Part shown: piece by piece, positions 40,590 through 54,430 of the stretch
Layout of the letters: every line of letters begins with the position of its first letter
Position numbering within the stretch: the first letter of the stretch is position 1
Assembly (NCBI RefSeq): GCF_006345805.1
Contig: NC_043015.1
Coordinates: forward strand, 25,792,001-25,856,000
Origin: Octopus sinensis
Taxonomy: Eukaryota
DNA: 64,000 nucleotides
Direction of reading: 5' to 3'
Made by a program: the position numbers and the translations under genes
Notes under the pieces: model-generated
The model's database searches: none
What the model was told of the DNA's origin: nothing
Seen by the model: the letters and a program-made list of their open reading frames with translations, nothing else

Positions 40590-41795
40590 GGAATGTGTGT
40601 GTAAATGTGGATGTGTGCGTGCGCGGAGGTCTGCGTGTGCGTGTGTGTGTGTGTATGTGTGCAATGATGACACGTGTGTGTGTGTGTGTGCGTGTGTGTG
40701 TGTGTGTGCGTGTGTGTGTGTGTGTGCGTGTGTGTGTATGTGTGTGTGGTTGTGGCTGTAAACAACAGGCTAGTAGCTGGCTAGTTTGTAAGAATAAGGA
40801 GTGGTGTTTTTGTCCCTGCCACAGGTCAGTCATTGAAGTATGTGTGTGTGCGTGTATGTATATGTGTCGTGTGTGTGTCTTGTTTGTAGTGTGTGTGTGT
40901 GTGTGTGTGTGTGTTCGTGTGTGTATGCGTAGAGTTTGGGTGTGTGGCGAATAACTGTGCTTTACTTAGTGTATGTGTGCGTGTGTGCTTGTACGAGCGT
41001 ATGTGTGTATATATATATGTATGTATAATTGTGTGCCGTGTGTATGGGATGTATATGTGGGTTCATTTGTGTGTGTGTGTGTGTATGTATGTGTGTGCGT
41101 GTCGTATGTGCGTGTAGTTGTGTGTGTGTATGTGTGCGTTTGTATGTGTGTGTGTATAAGCGTATATGGATGTATATGCGTGTATCCGTGGGGTTGTGAG
41201 TTTTGGGTGTGTGCATTGGTGTGCGTATGTGTGTGTGTGTATGTGCCTATATGTGTATACGTATGTGTATGTGTGTGTGCGCGTGTAGGCGTATATTGTG
41301 TGTATGTATATGTATCGGTGTGTATGTGAATTTGTGTATGCGTATGTGTGTGGGGTGTTTTTTTTTAGTTGTGTGGGCGTAATGTGCGTGCGTGTGCTTG
41401 TGTGCGTGTGTGCGCTTACGTGCGTGTATGTGTGTGTATTTCTGTGCCCATGTGTGTATGAATGTGTGCGTATCTGTATGAATATTGTTTGTTGGAGGTA
41501 TATGTGGGCATCTGTGCTGCTGTGTGTGTTTGTACGTGTGTATGTGTGTGTGCGTGTATTGTATATATATGTATATGTGAGTGTGTGTGCATGTGTGTTT
41601 ACGTGCGTGCGAGTGAATGTATGTATACATGTGCGTGTATGTACAAGTGTAGAGGTTTATATGTGTGTATATATATGTATGCAAGCACACACTATAATTG
41701 AAAGATTGATGGAAGAAAAATTTGGTGTGGGCATATGTGAATCCACAGGCACACACACACAGACACTGACGCACGCCTGCAATACAGCCAACCCC

Positions 41796-41826
<31 letters not shown>

Positions 41827-42024
41827 TGTATGTATGTATGTATGTATGTATGTATGTATGCATGCATGCATGTATGTATGTATGTATGCATGCATGTATG
41901 TATGTATGTATGTATGTATGTGTGTATGTATGTATGTGTGTGTGTGTTTATGTGTGTGTGTATGTAGGTATGTATGTGTGTATGTGTGTATGTATGTATG
42001 CATGTATGTATGTATGTATGTGTA

Positions 42025-42075
<51 letters not shown>

Positions 42076-42100
42076 ATATATATATATGTATATATACAGG
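40590..42100. repeat. ~1.5-kb degenerate (TG)n/(TATG)n tract
   Basis: Direct reading; source of long CV/YV/HT ORFs. Confidence 0.95.
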
Positions 42101-42599
42101 CGCAGTATTATCGAATGACTAATGTATATATAGGCGCTATACGGTCGAATGGTAAAGAAACTCTTTCGTAACCGAAAGACATCGTGTTCGCTCCTACTAT
42201 ATGGCATGTACGACGTATGTCAGTTTGTATAGCCCAGGTGGAATCTGGAGGGAGTGAGACTGAAGATAGGATACAAGGAGATGGAGCGTACTGCTGTAGC
42301 CTTTCTTCGGGTAGAGAGTTTTGTTTGTGTCGACTGGTACAAGGCCAAATGAAATGCTTTGTTCAATGACACAGCGAGTCGTCCGAGTGTTGAATTGGTA
42401 TACCCGATGTGTGAGGTCATACTTCTTCATGCACACTAAATCACTATGTCACACGCACCTGCATATATACACCGAAACGAGCAGCCTGGGCGCAAACACC
42501 ACATTCAGATTATATTCTTTTATTCTATGCTGGAGCAACGCCCCAAGGGGTTTTAATTGAATAAATTGAACATAGAATTTATTCTTTGTTAGTCTAATA

Positions 42600-42826
42600 C
42601 TTATTCTATCGGTCTGTTTGGCGAACCGCTAAGGTTCGGAGACGTAAACGCACCAACATCGGTGATTAAGCGATGGTGGGGGGACAAACACAGATACAAA
42701 AGCACACACACGCAAACATATACATACATACACACACATATATACATACATGTATACATACATACGTACATATATATATATTTTTTTTTTGTAGTATATA
42801 TATATATATATACATACATACATACA

Positions 42827-42860
<34 letters not shown>

Positions 42861-43032
42861 CAAATATACGACAGGCTTCTTTCAATTTCCGTCTACTAAA
42901 TCCACTTACAAGGATTTGGTCCGCCCGTGACTATAGTGCAAGATTCTTGCCGAAGGTGCAACGCATTGGGATTGAACCGGGAATCATGTGTTTGGGAAAC
43001 AAGCTTTTTACCACACAAACATGCTTGCGCCT
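42600..43032 (-). mobile_element. tRNA-derived SINE with internal microsatellite
   Basis: Same architecture as 39062-39460, reverse strand. Confidence 0.8.
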
Positions 43033-43039
43033 ATATACA

Positions 43040-44050
43040 AACTTCCATATTGCTTCCAACTGAGATACCACCACTTGGTGAACTTGAAACCAAATAGACC
43101 CAGATTTTACCATCTTAATATTGGCGGCTCCTCAACACTGGCTGCCCCACAAACAAGAGAAACAAGAGCAGGGTTCCTAACCATCGGCTTTCAAATCTAC
43201 GGAGACGGCAAGCCAACTTTAGAACATCATACGTCCTCTGTAACATATATTCGCTCCCATAAATATGGCGTGCGCTTGTAAGTACATACACAGTTATGTA
43301 CACACACATCTTTTACACGAACACATACACAAGTGCACAAACATGCATGCACCAACACACGTGCACACACACATACACACAAAAATTGAAATAATATATG
43401 TACGTATATTTCTCCTCCCATTCTTTTTCCTTCATCTCTCCAAACTTCACGCCTGTTTTACCCACCAGCAACACTGTCGCAACTACACTAGCATACATCT
43501 GTCGTGCCAAAAGCATACATACATACATACATACATACATACATACATACATACATACATACACACACACATATATGAACATGGACCCAATCTAAAAAAC
43601 ACACGTACACATATATGTTCTTCCAGACAAATACGCACATAATATACACACATACACATGCAAACATGCATCCTAAATACATTCGCACATGTCCGCGTAT
43701 ACAGTTGGCACTAACGCACATGTGTTCACGCGTTCACACACACATACATAGACTCACACACACACACACACTGGTTTTGCTTCTGTCGGCTTTCAAATCC
43801 CTTCAAAAGCCTGCCAGACATCAAAGCGCCACTAGCTTCCTGCCCAACCTCCTGGGGGAAGGGAAGAAATTGTTACGTATCTGGTGTCACTAACTTGCCG
43901 ATTTCACATCTAGCAACACCATGTGACCTGCTTCGACCAATAGCAAATCACTTTTTAGCAGCCATTCTGGACTTCAATTTCTCCATTCGGTAATCTATGC
44001 TTGTAGGAGCTGGTTTTCCTTAAGAAACCTACGAAACTCTGAGTCGCAGG
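43040..44050 (-). mobile_element. Possible highly decayed L1/Tx1-like RT fragments split by microsatellite
   Basis: Weak RT-like stretches at about 43040-43230 and 43770-44050; resemblance judged by eye only. Confidence 0.3.
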
Positions 44051-44992
44051 CAGCCGAATCAAACAGTTTTGAACAATAATAATATATATAACTCCTACTG
44101 AATATGTTGAGTACCTTTTATTTTCGTTTATCCCCTCACTCTTCTCTATCTCTCCCTCTCTCCCCTCTCTCTCTCTCTATATATATACACACATATGCTT
44201 GTATGTATTATGTATATGTATGCATGCCTGTAATATGTAGATGTATGTATACTTCTCTCGCACTCTCTCTCTCTGTTTCTATATATATTTATATGTGTGT
44301 ATGTGTGTGTGTGTGCGTGTGTGTGCATGCGTGCATGTTAGCGTGTGCACGAGCGTGTGCATGTGTGTGTGCATGTAAACCGATTGATAAATGCAATTTT
44401 GGTAAGGTACCAGAATGCTGAAGATACACAAAAATAATCACTTGATTGTGATGTATATATCGAACAGTCACAACTGATATTGCAGCTATAAAGTCTGCAT
44501 CAATCAAATCAGACCTGTTTACTGTTAAAATGCAGTAATACATGCTAACCATCACTTCATGTTGATAATAAAGGTCTCGAAACTTCGATTATGATTTCAG
44601 GAACTTTACTGTTCCAAGCAAACAGCAAAGGATCTCATATACGAGAAGATGAAAAGAAAAACAAACAAACAAGAAAACAGAAAATACAAACACATTGATG
44701 AAAAGGTTAATAGTAGATCGGAGGCGAGATTTGGAAACAACTTATGTTTGTGTATGTTTGAGCCTATGTGTGTGCGAATGTGTGTGTGTGTACGTGTGTG
44801 AATGTGTGTGAATGTGGAAAAATATAAACGCTTATGTATATTCATATATCTATCTTTTTAATATTTATCCTACATATATACCCGTGTATATATGAATGTT
44901 GGCGTATTTGTGCCTATGCAATGACATACACACACTTATATAAATATTGTATATATTATACATATAAATCATATATTAATGTATACTAAAAA

Positions 44993-45029
<37 letters not shown>

Positions 45030-46119
45030 CTGTGTGCGTTTGTGAGTGTGTATGTTTGTATCCGTGCATCATCAGTTTTTACTAGTTACGTACACACCTA
45101 CACACATACCTATACACATACAAAGACACACACCTTCATACATACACAGACACACACCCACACACACACACATCTCTTCGTATTTTCATTGAGTTCTTTG
45201 TTTTGCTTTGCTTTTCCTTTTTACCAAAAAAATGAAGAACAACAAACGAAGACAAAAGCAATATCAATGGTAACTTCAGTGCTTTTTACATAGATCTATA
45301 GGAAATAGCTATTAGTGCATAGAAAGAAAATATTTGCTGATGTAATATCAATCTCAATAGATATACATTCGAACGTAGTTGGCTTTTTGTTGTGTTTGTT
45401 TCTTATTTAATCTCGCAATCCACATATGAATATATCACTGGAGGTTATTTGATGGTGTTGGATTTGGTGTTTTCTCTTTTGCTGCTTTTTAATATCGAAT
45501 CACACAAACAAAAAAAAAAAAAATACTAAATGACGCCGAAATATTCGAGAGTGGCGTGGCGTAGGAGAGAGTAACGTGGTGTGGAGTGAAAAAGTAATGG
45601 TGTGGCTGAGTGGAGTTGGGTTGTGAAGCAGGTTAAATAACTTACAGAAATGTATTATGTCCTTTCACGTTGCCACAGGTTCAAGTACCACCTGGGATGA
45701 CGTTTACTTATAATATTTTAATGCTTCATAAGATATAGAACCAATGAAAATACCGGGATCGATATAATCGATAGGTTCCATAAAATCGAGAATGTCCACC
45801 TCTCTCTCAAATGGTTGAACTTGTGCAGATATTCGTTATGAATATGCCAAAAGACCCCCCCCCCAATGCTACTAAACAGAAGCACAAATAGAAGGCTGCA
45901 TAGCAAAATCGGTAAAGAACCGGCAAAAAAAAAATCTTACATAAATAATATTTAGTCCATTTATGTTGTTTTGCCTTCAAAACTCTATGGATTAGACGAC
46001 AAAAAGGCTGTGCGTGTGTGTATGGAATCCAAGACAAGAAAGCAGAAGGTAAACGCTGCGTATACCCAATGTATCGGAGTAGAAATTCCATAACTTTTAG
46101 CTTCCATTTTGTATTGATA

Positions 46120-46380
<261 letters not shown>

Positions 46381-46384
46381 GTGT

Positions 46385-46670
46385 GGAGGCGCAATGGCCC
46401 GGTGGTTAGGGCAGCGAACTCGCGGTCGTTGCAACGCGGTTTCGATTCCCAGACCGGGCGTTGTGAGTGTTTATTGAGCGAAAACAGAGTGTGGGGTGGG
46501 GGTGGCGATCCCTTCTGTACTCTTTCGCCACAACTTTCTCTCACTCTTTCTTCTGTTGGTCTGCTCGCTTAGCCTGCGGGGTGGCATCATTTGACAGCTA
46601 AAACAATGCGAACTTCATTGTGACCAGCGATGTGTAGCAACAACTCATACCATGGGTGGTCACGATGATC
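46385..46670 (+). mobile_element. tRNA-derived SINE (third family)
   Basis: A box tggcccggtgg (46395-46405) and B-box-like ggtttcgattccc (46438-46450); no closable cloverleaf acceptor stem. Confidence 0.75.
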
Positions 46671-46715
46671 ACGATGATATATATATATACAGAGAGAGAG
46701 AGATAGAGAGAGAGG

Positions 46716-46749
<34 letters not shown>

Positions 46750-46750
46750 G

Positions 46751-46796
<46 letters not shown>

Positions 46797-47781
46797 ACAG
46801 ACAGGCAGATAGATGTATACATATATGTGTGTATGTGTGTGTGTTTATGTGCATTTAAGTGGTTTTGTTAAAATAACCGTGATTGCGTGGAATGGGTTAA
46901 ATACGCTTCTCGACGACCATCACCGCTTCTATTCTCACGTACTCTCAGTCATACTTGCAAATGCCCAATTTCAGTTGTTATACAGATATACACACGTATA
47001 CATACACGTACATATTCACACGCATGCATGCACACACACATGCACATGTACACCCATATGTACAAAATACATACGTTGCATATGTCAAGAAAATATTGCC
47101 CAAAACGTTACCGCTGCAACATCATGAGACCGTATGTAGAGCCGTAATGGCTTTCTTTCAATGTTAATGTTAGCGAGAGCAACATGACCAAAAGTGTCCT
47201 CACTTGGTATCTCCACATTTAATGATTTGTTCAACACCATGTAAAACGAGTGACTTTTGATTCCAGGAACAGACAATATTTGAAGCCCTCCTTCAAAATT
47301 ATAAAACCTGTTTAAGCTTCACACTTGAGGATCACAACAGAATGCTATTCCCCTAATTCGGACAGTGCTACTGCAGTACCTATAAATATCTTAGACAACA
47401 TCTAAAGAGAATTCACATCACTGAATGATATAAATTCAGTTACAAACAACCTCCCCACCTTTTCTGTCTCCTCTCTGGCTGATTTTTATACCCCGTTCTG
47501 GCGCCATAACACTGTGACACTTCCGAATATACGTCTCACCCCACACCTTCGCACGGAACGCTCATGATTTATGCACAACTACTACACTTCGGCAATCTGG
47601 AATCTTTCAAACCACCCAACTACCCCGCCTTGGACATACATCTTCGACAAGGTGTAAACTGGTAACACTTTAAGAGGAATATTAACGGCATCAGTCACAC
47701 CGGTCTTGGAGATCCTGCGAACACACTTTGGAAAAATAGCCCTTCCTGAAACAACAAATAGTCTTTTCCACTTTACGCACA

Positions 47782-47945
47782 GGGCCCGAAATTTTGGGGA
47801 AGGGGCAAGTCGATTAGATCGACCCCAGTACGCAACTGATACTTAATTTATCGACCCTGAAAGGATGAAAGGCAAAGTCGATCTTGGTGCAATTTGAACT
47901 CAGAACTAAGCATTTCGCCCAGCGTTTCTGCCAGCTCGCCGCCTT
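47782..47945 (-). mobile_element. tRNA-derived SINE
   Basis: Minus: ...gttctgagttcaaatt...gactttgcctttcatcctttcagggtcgataaattaagtatcag...ggggtcgatctaatcgact; family of 8466-8630. Confidence 0.85.
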
Positions 47946-48334
47946 TGAAACAACAAAAATTGAAACACACATAAAGGCAATCACTCACTTGGGCACACAC
48001 GCTCGCGCACGTGCACGCACATGCATACGCACACGCACACATACACACATACAAACATACACACAAGCACACATACGCTCAAACGTCCCCATCGCTTTAT
48101 AAATCACTCTACGTATCCTTTTCACTCTCTACATAAGTATATTCATACACAGTTATATATACACATACAAACATACATGCACAGAGACAAACACACACAC
48201 TCTCTCTCTTTCTCTCTTTCACACACGCACAGACAAACACATATGCATACCACACGAGGGTGCGTGCAGTCACACTCTCGGTTAGAATTTCTGCTTGGGT
48301 TCATTTAACTGTTGGTTCAGTTGAGTCACAGTGT

Positions 48335-49598
48335 ACTGGACAGATGATTGTCTAGACACCCGCATAAGGGACAGAGGATTGCTTAGACACCCACATGGGT
48401 GACAGAGGATTGCCTAGACACAGGTATTACAGACAGAGGATTGCCTAGACATCTGTATAAGTGACAGAGGATTGCTTAGACCCCGTATAAGTGATAGAGG
48501 ATTGCCTAGACATCCGTATAAGTGACGGAGTTTGCCTAGACACCCGTATAAGTGACGGAGGATTGCCTAGACATCCGTATAAGTGACAGAGGATTGCCTA
48601 GACACCCATATAAGAGAAAGAGGATTGCTTAGACATCCGTATAAGAGACAGTGGATTGCCTAGACATCCGTATATGTGACGGAGGATGCCTAGACATCCG
48701 TGTAAATGACAGAGGATTGCCTAGACACCCGTATAAGTGACAGAGAATTGCCTAGACACCCATATAAGAGACACAGGATTGCCTAGACTCCGTATAAGTG
48801 ACAGAAGATTGCCTAGACACCCGTATAAGTGACGGAGGATTGCCTAGACACCCGTATAAGCGAAAGAGGATTGCCTAGACATCCGTATAAGTGACAGAGG
48901 ATTGCCTAGACACCCATATAAGTGGCAGAGGATTAGCTAGACACCCGTATAAGAGACAGAGGATTGCCTAGACATCCGTATATGTGACAGAGGTTTGCCT
49001 AGACATCCGTATAAATGACAAAGGATTGCCTAGACACCCGTATAAAAGACAGAGGATTGCCTAGACACCCATATAAGAGGATTGATTGCATAGACATCCG
49101 TATAAGTGACGGAGGATTGCCTAGACCCCCGTATAAGTGACGGAGGATTACCCAGACACCCGTATAAGAAACAGAGGATTGCCTAGACACCCGTATAAGT
49201 GACAGAGGATTGCCTAGACATCCATATAAGTGAGAGAGGATTGCCTAGACACTCGTACAAGTGACAGAGAATTGCCTAGACACCCGCATAAGTGACACAG
49301 GATTGCCTAGACACCCATATAAGAGACAGAGGATTGCCTAGACACCCATATAAGAGACAGAGGATTGCCTAGACACCCGCATAAGTGACACAGGATTGCC
49401 TAGACACCCATATAAGAGACAGAGGATTGCCTAGGCACCCATAAAAGAGACAGAGGATTGCCTAGACACCCATATAAGAGGCAGAGGATTACATAGACAC
49501 CCGTATAAGATACAGAGGATTGTCTAGACATCCGTTTAATAGACAGAGGACTGCCTAGACACCCATATAAGTGACAGAGGAATGCCTAGACACCCGTA
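48335..49598. repeat. 31-bp minisatellite, about 40 copies
   Basis: Consensus GACAGAGGATTGCCTAGACACCCGTATAAGT; head-to-tail with no spacers. Confidence 0.97.
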
Positions 49599-50168
49599 TG
49601 TATACTTAACGTAGTTCTAACTTTCTCAAATGCATTCAAGGAGACTCAATGTTAAAGTCATCCAGTCATCAGGTACAGCTGGTAGTTACGAGCTTTGCAA
49701 TTTTCATCTTACCAGTTTTACCCACAAGACACGGGTCTAATGCGAGGTATTAGAATATCACACAACTGAAATCATGAGAGAATGTAAATGAGAAAAGACA
49801 ATGTGAGTGTTTGTGTGTGTGTGTGTGTGTGTGTATGTGTGTGTGTGTGCATGTTTGTGCGTGTGTGTACGTGCGTGTGCGTGTGTGAACCAATAAATGA
49901 AAGATATTTCCTCGATTGCTCTTTAAACCTCAACATTTCAACTCCACCCTCTCCTTTGCTTAATAAAGAATGATATAATGTTATATAACCGCGATAAGGC
50001 CAGAGATATTGAATTTATATTTTAAAATATCAAGTGTTGTCTCTCTCTTTAACCCCCCACGTTAAACAATCTTTCTCTGACTCACTCTCCGTCTCTCTCT
50101 CCCTTTATCTCTCTCTGTTTCTCATTATTTACTTCCTTCCTATTTCATGTTCTCTTAAACTGTCTGTC

Positions 50169-50201
<33 letters not shown>

Positions 50202-50439
50202 ACCTATTTCTATATATTTATCATGTTTATATGCACATCTGTAAATAAACGTTTATATATCTATACCTGTGTGTGCGTATATATGTGTGTACGTACGTGC
50301 ATATGTATCATTTATGTGCATATATACATACATACACGCATAGTTATATATATATATATATATATGTATGTATATATATATACATACACACATGCATGCG
50401 TACATGCATGCGTACATGCATATATATATATAATTATAT

Positions 50440-50459
<20 letters not shown>

Positions 50460-50471
<12 letters not shown>

Positions 50472-51771
50472 AATACACACACATATTATACTGCTATGTA
50501 CAGATATACACACATGAATACACACACATACACACACATGCACACACACACAAACACCTACACACGTGCATACAACTTATTTTCTCACTTCTTGAGTTAT
50601 ATTCAGCACAACTCTACAACCTCATCGCCTTGCCCCTTGCTCTCTAAAAAATTCTCAATTCAATTATGTGATGGCGTAAAGAAGATGTATGCATCTCAAC
50701 CGCTACCTTTTAGTTGCTAAAATATATAAATACATAGAGAGATAGCAGAAATAAATTTTGACTCCATCTTGTTACGTTTAGAAAATAATCAATACAGCAC
50801 TTCACATATGTACATATATATATATATATATATATATTTTCATACATACATAAATACGTGTGTGTGTAGATGTCTGCACGTATAGCTGTGTGAATTTATG
50901 CATTTATTCAGCACAAAATATTATGCAGCTATGTTTCATTGACTCGAATCTTGTCTTGTATAACCCTCGTTCAGTGAGTGAACAGCATTTTTTTTTTTTT
51001 TTTTTTTTGGAAAACGAAGGCAGAAAATAAATAAAGAAATAAAGAAAGAAATAGGAAAGGGAAAAGAAAGAGGTAAACAGAAGAGAAAGATTGAAGCAAG
51101 CGTATTCAAAGTCCAATAACTCTAGATGAAAACCGGATGTTGTTTCAACTGATTCCTCGTGATATTATGGCGTAGAATTTTTTCTGACTTATCAATGCAT
51201 TATGAATCCATATATTAATGCATGCATGCCTGCATTATACACGCATGTGTACACACGCACACACTCACTCACATAAGTATGTATGTGTGTCTATGCCTAC
51301 ATAAACAGAAGTGTATATATGTATATATAGACATATATACACACATATCTATATGAGATATTTTTATGTGTTTCTTTACAAAATGTTTAAAAGTTTTTAA
51401 TATACACAAGTATATCTTTCATCAAAAGATACAAACAAAACATAGTGATAATAAAATTATATAAAAAGTGCAAAATGGCAGCTGAAAATAAGGCAAATAA
51501 AAGCTGAGAGTATGAAAGACGCAATGTTATAAATATACATACATTTATAGGTTTATACGCGCGCACACACCCACACAAACACATATGTATGCATTTATAT
51601 ATATATATAAATATATATACATATCCACACATATATACATGAATGTTTGTAAGTATATGTTTTAAAGTGTACATATATGTATGCATGTATTTATATATAT
51701 GTGTGTGCGTGTTTGTGTGCGTGTGATGTGTGTGTGTGTGTGATTTATAATGTATATATGTATATGTAAAT

Positions 51772-51803
<32 letters not shown>

Positions 51804-53125
51804 AATACACACACATATTATACTGCTATGTACAGATATACACACATGAATACACACACATACACACACATGCACACACACACAAACACCTACACACGTG
51901 CATACAACTTATTTTCTCACTTCTTGAGTTATATTCAGCACAACTCTACAACCTCATCGCCTTGCCCCTTGCTCTCTAAAAAATTCTCAATTCAATTATG
52001 TGATGGCGTAAAGAAGATGTATGCATCTCAACCGCTACCTTTTAGTTGCTAAAATATATAAATACATAGAGAGATAGCAGAAATAAATTTTGACTCCATC
52101 TTGTTACGTTTAGAAAATAATCAATACAGCACTTCACATATGTACATATATATATATATATATATATTTTCATACATACATAAATACGTGTGTGTGTAGA
52201 TGTCTGCACGTATAGCTGTGTGAATTTATGCATTTATTCAGCACAAAATATTATGCAGCTATGTTTCATTGACTCGAATCTTGTCTTGTATAACCCTCGT
52301 TCAGTGAGTGAACAGCATTTTTTTTTTTTTTTTTTTTTTGGAAAACGAAGGCAGAAAATAAATAAAGAAATAAAGAAAGAAATAGGAAAAGGGAAAAGAA
52401 AGAGGTAAACAGAAGAGAAAGATTGAAGCAAGCGTATTCAAAGTCCAATAACTCTAGATGAAAACCGGATGTTGTTTCAACTGATTCCTCGTGATATTAT
52501 GGCGTAGAATTTTTTCTGACTTATCAATGCATTTATGAATCCATATATTAATGCATGCATGCCTGCATTATACACGCATGTGTACACACGCACACACTCA
52601 CTCACATAAGTATGTATGTGTGTCTATGCCTACATAAACAGAAGTGTATATATGTATATATAGACATATATACACACATATATCTATATGAGATATTTTT
52701 ATGTGTTTCTTTACAAAATGTTTAAAAGTTTTTAATATACACAAGTATATCTTTCATCAAAAGATACAAACAAAACATAGTGATAATAAAATTATATAAA
52801 AAGTGCAAAATGGCAGCTGAAAATAAGGCAAATAAAAGCTGAGAGTATGAAGACGCAATGTTATAAATATACATACATTTATAGGTTTATACGCGCGCAC
52901 ACACCCACACAAACACATATGTATGCATTTATATATATATATAAATATATACATATCCACACATATATACATGAATGTTTGTAAGTATATGTTTTAAAGT
53001 GTACATATATGTATGCATGTATTTATATATATGTGTGTGCGTGTTTGTGTGCGTGTGATGTGTGTGTGTGTGTGATTTATAATGTATATATGTATATGTA
53101 AATATATATATATATATATATATAT
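50460..53125. repeat. ~1.33-kb tandem duplication (2 copies)
   Basis: ataaatacacacacatattatactgc at 50469 and 51801 (offset 1332); colinear throughout; boundaries in (TA)n. Confidence 0.95.
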
Positions 53126-53337
53126 ATACACTATTATATAATATGAATATATGCATAACATAGATTAATACACACAGATGTATTATATATTTTATCTAAC
53201 GCATATAAAAGATATAATATAAACATTGCGTATTTATATATAAATATGTGTGTATGTGTGTGTGTGGTTTTTTTGTGTATTTCCATACATATATAAATAT
53301 ATATACATATACATATGCAAGTATATGCGTATATATG

Positions 53338-53373
<36 letters not shown>

Positions 53374-54338
53374 TATATATATGTGTGTGTGTATATATAT
53401 ACGCAGTTTATATTTTGTAACCGAGTGTGTGAGTGTGTGATTCATCATCTTTGTGGGGCTTTATGTAAAGCATAAAGTGCTCAATACACACCTGTGCTAG
53501 AAATTTGCAGAGATTTCAGACTCACTAATAATGAATACAGTAGACAAACTCCAATAGCAAAAAGAAAAAAAATATGTATAACAATATAATTATGGTTTTC
53601 AGTGCAGAATTTTCTAAGTGTACTCAGTAACAAACCTATACGTATGTATATGTGTTTGTATGTATTTGTGTGTGCTTGTGTGTTTGTGTGTTTCTTTGTT
53701 TGCGTATTCGTTTGTTGATGTCTATACACATACACACAAACATACTTGTCATATACGTAAGCATATGTAGTTGTAATCATGTGTCTATACATTTTTATTT
53801 TTCTATATACCTATCTATCTCCCTCTGTCTCTATTTCTATATGTGACTGTATAAATGTATATGTAAGCATGTCTGTAAGAATACGTATATATGTATCAAT
53901 GATTGAATAATCTTCGTTGTACGCACGAATCGCCTTGAAATTCTCGTCTCAGAATTTGTTAGGGGAGAGCCGTTAGATAACATTAAATTAACCCCGTCAC
54001 CTGCACACAATCTTGGATACATTGTCTTATGTTGCAAAATCGGCCTCTAGTCTGATCTTTATTTCGATTTTCATCCAGATCGATAATTAATTCTTACTTC
54101 GTTACAGTGTTTCCGAAATAACAGTAAAATTAATAAAAGACGCTGGAAAACAAACCCAAATATTAACGCGTTTATAAGTAATCTCTCAATAAAGTATGAG
54201 GATCAAACTCAGATACAAACATAAAGAAGTAAAAAGATATTGACGCGATCGGTAAGGGCTTGTATACAACCATGATAAAACTTCGAATATTATAGGCGCA
54301 AGATAAATGGAGTAGAAATTACGAAAAAGGAAAATAAT

Positions 54339-54430
<92 letters not shown>

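Noticed and set aside
41298-42122. 274-aa ORF and the many other CV/YI/HT/poly-I/poly-N ORFs
   Set aside because: Stop-free translations of di-, tri- and tetranucleotide repeats; not evidence of genes.
43187-43800. 14-bp direct repeat tcggctttcaaatc as a target-site duplication
   Set aside because: The intervening DNA is mostly microsatellite with no element termini; cause unresolved.
46385-46460. tRNA gene
   Set aside because: A and B boxes are present but no cloverleaf closes and it continues into SINE body sequence; same for 23325-23380.
47130-47760. Possible CR1/L2 fragment
   Set aside because: No diagnostic motif could be read in any frame.
48335-49598. CRISPR-like array (31-bp repeat)
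   Set aside because: Units are contiguous with no unique spacers, there are no cas genes and the context is eukaryotic.
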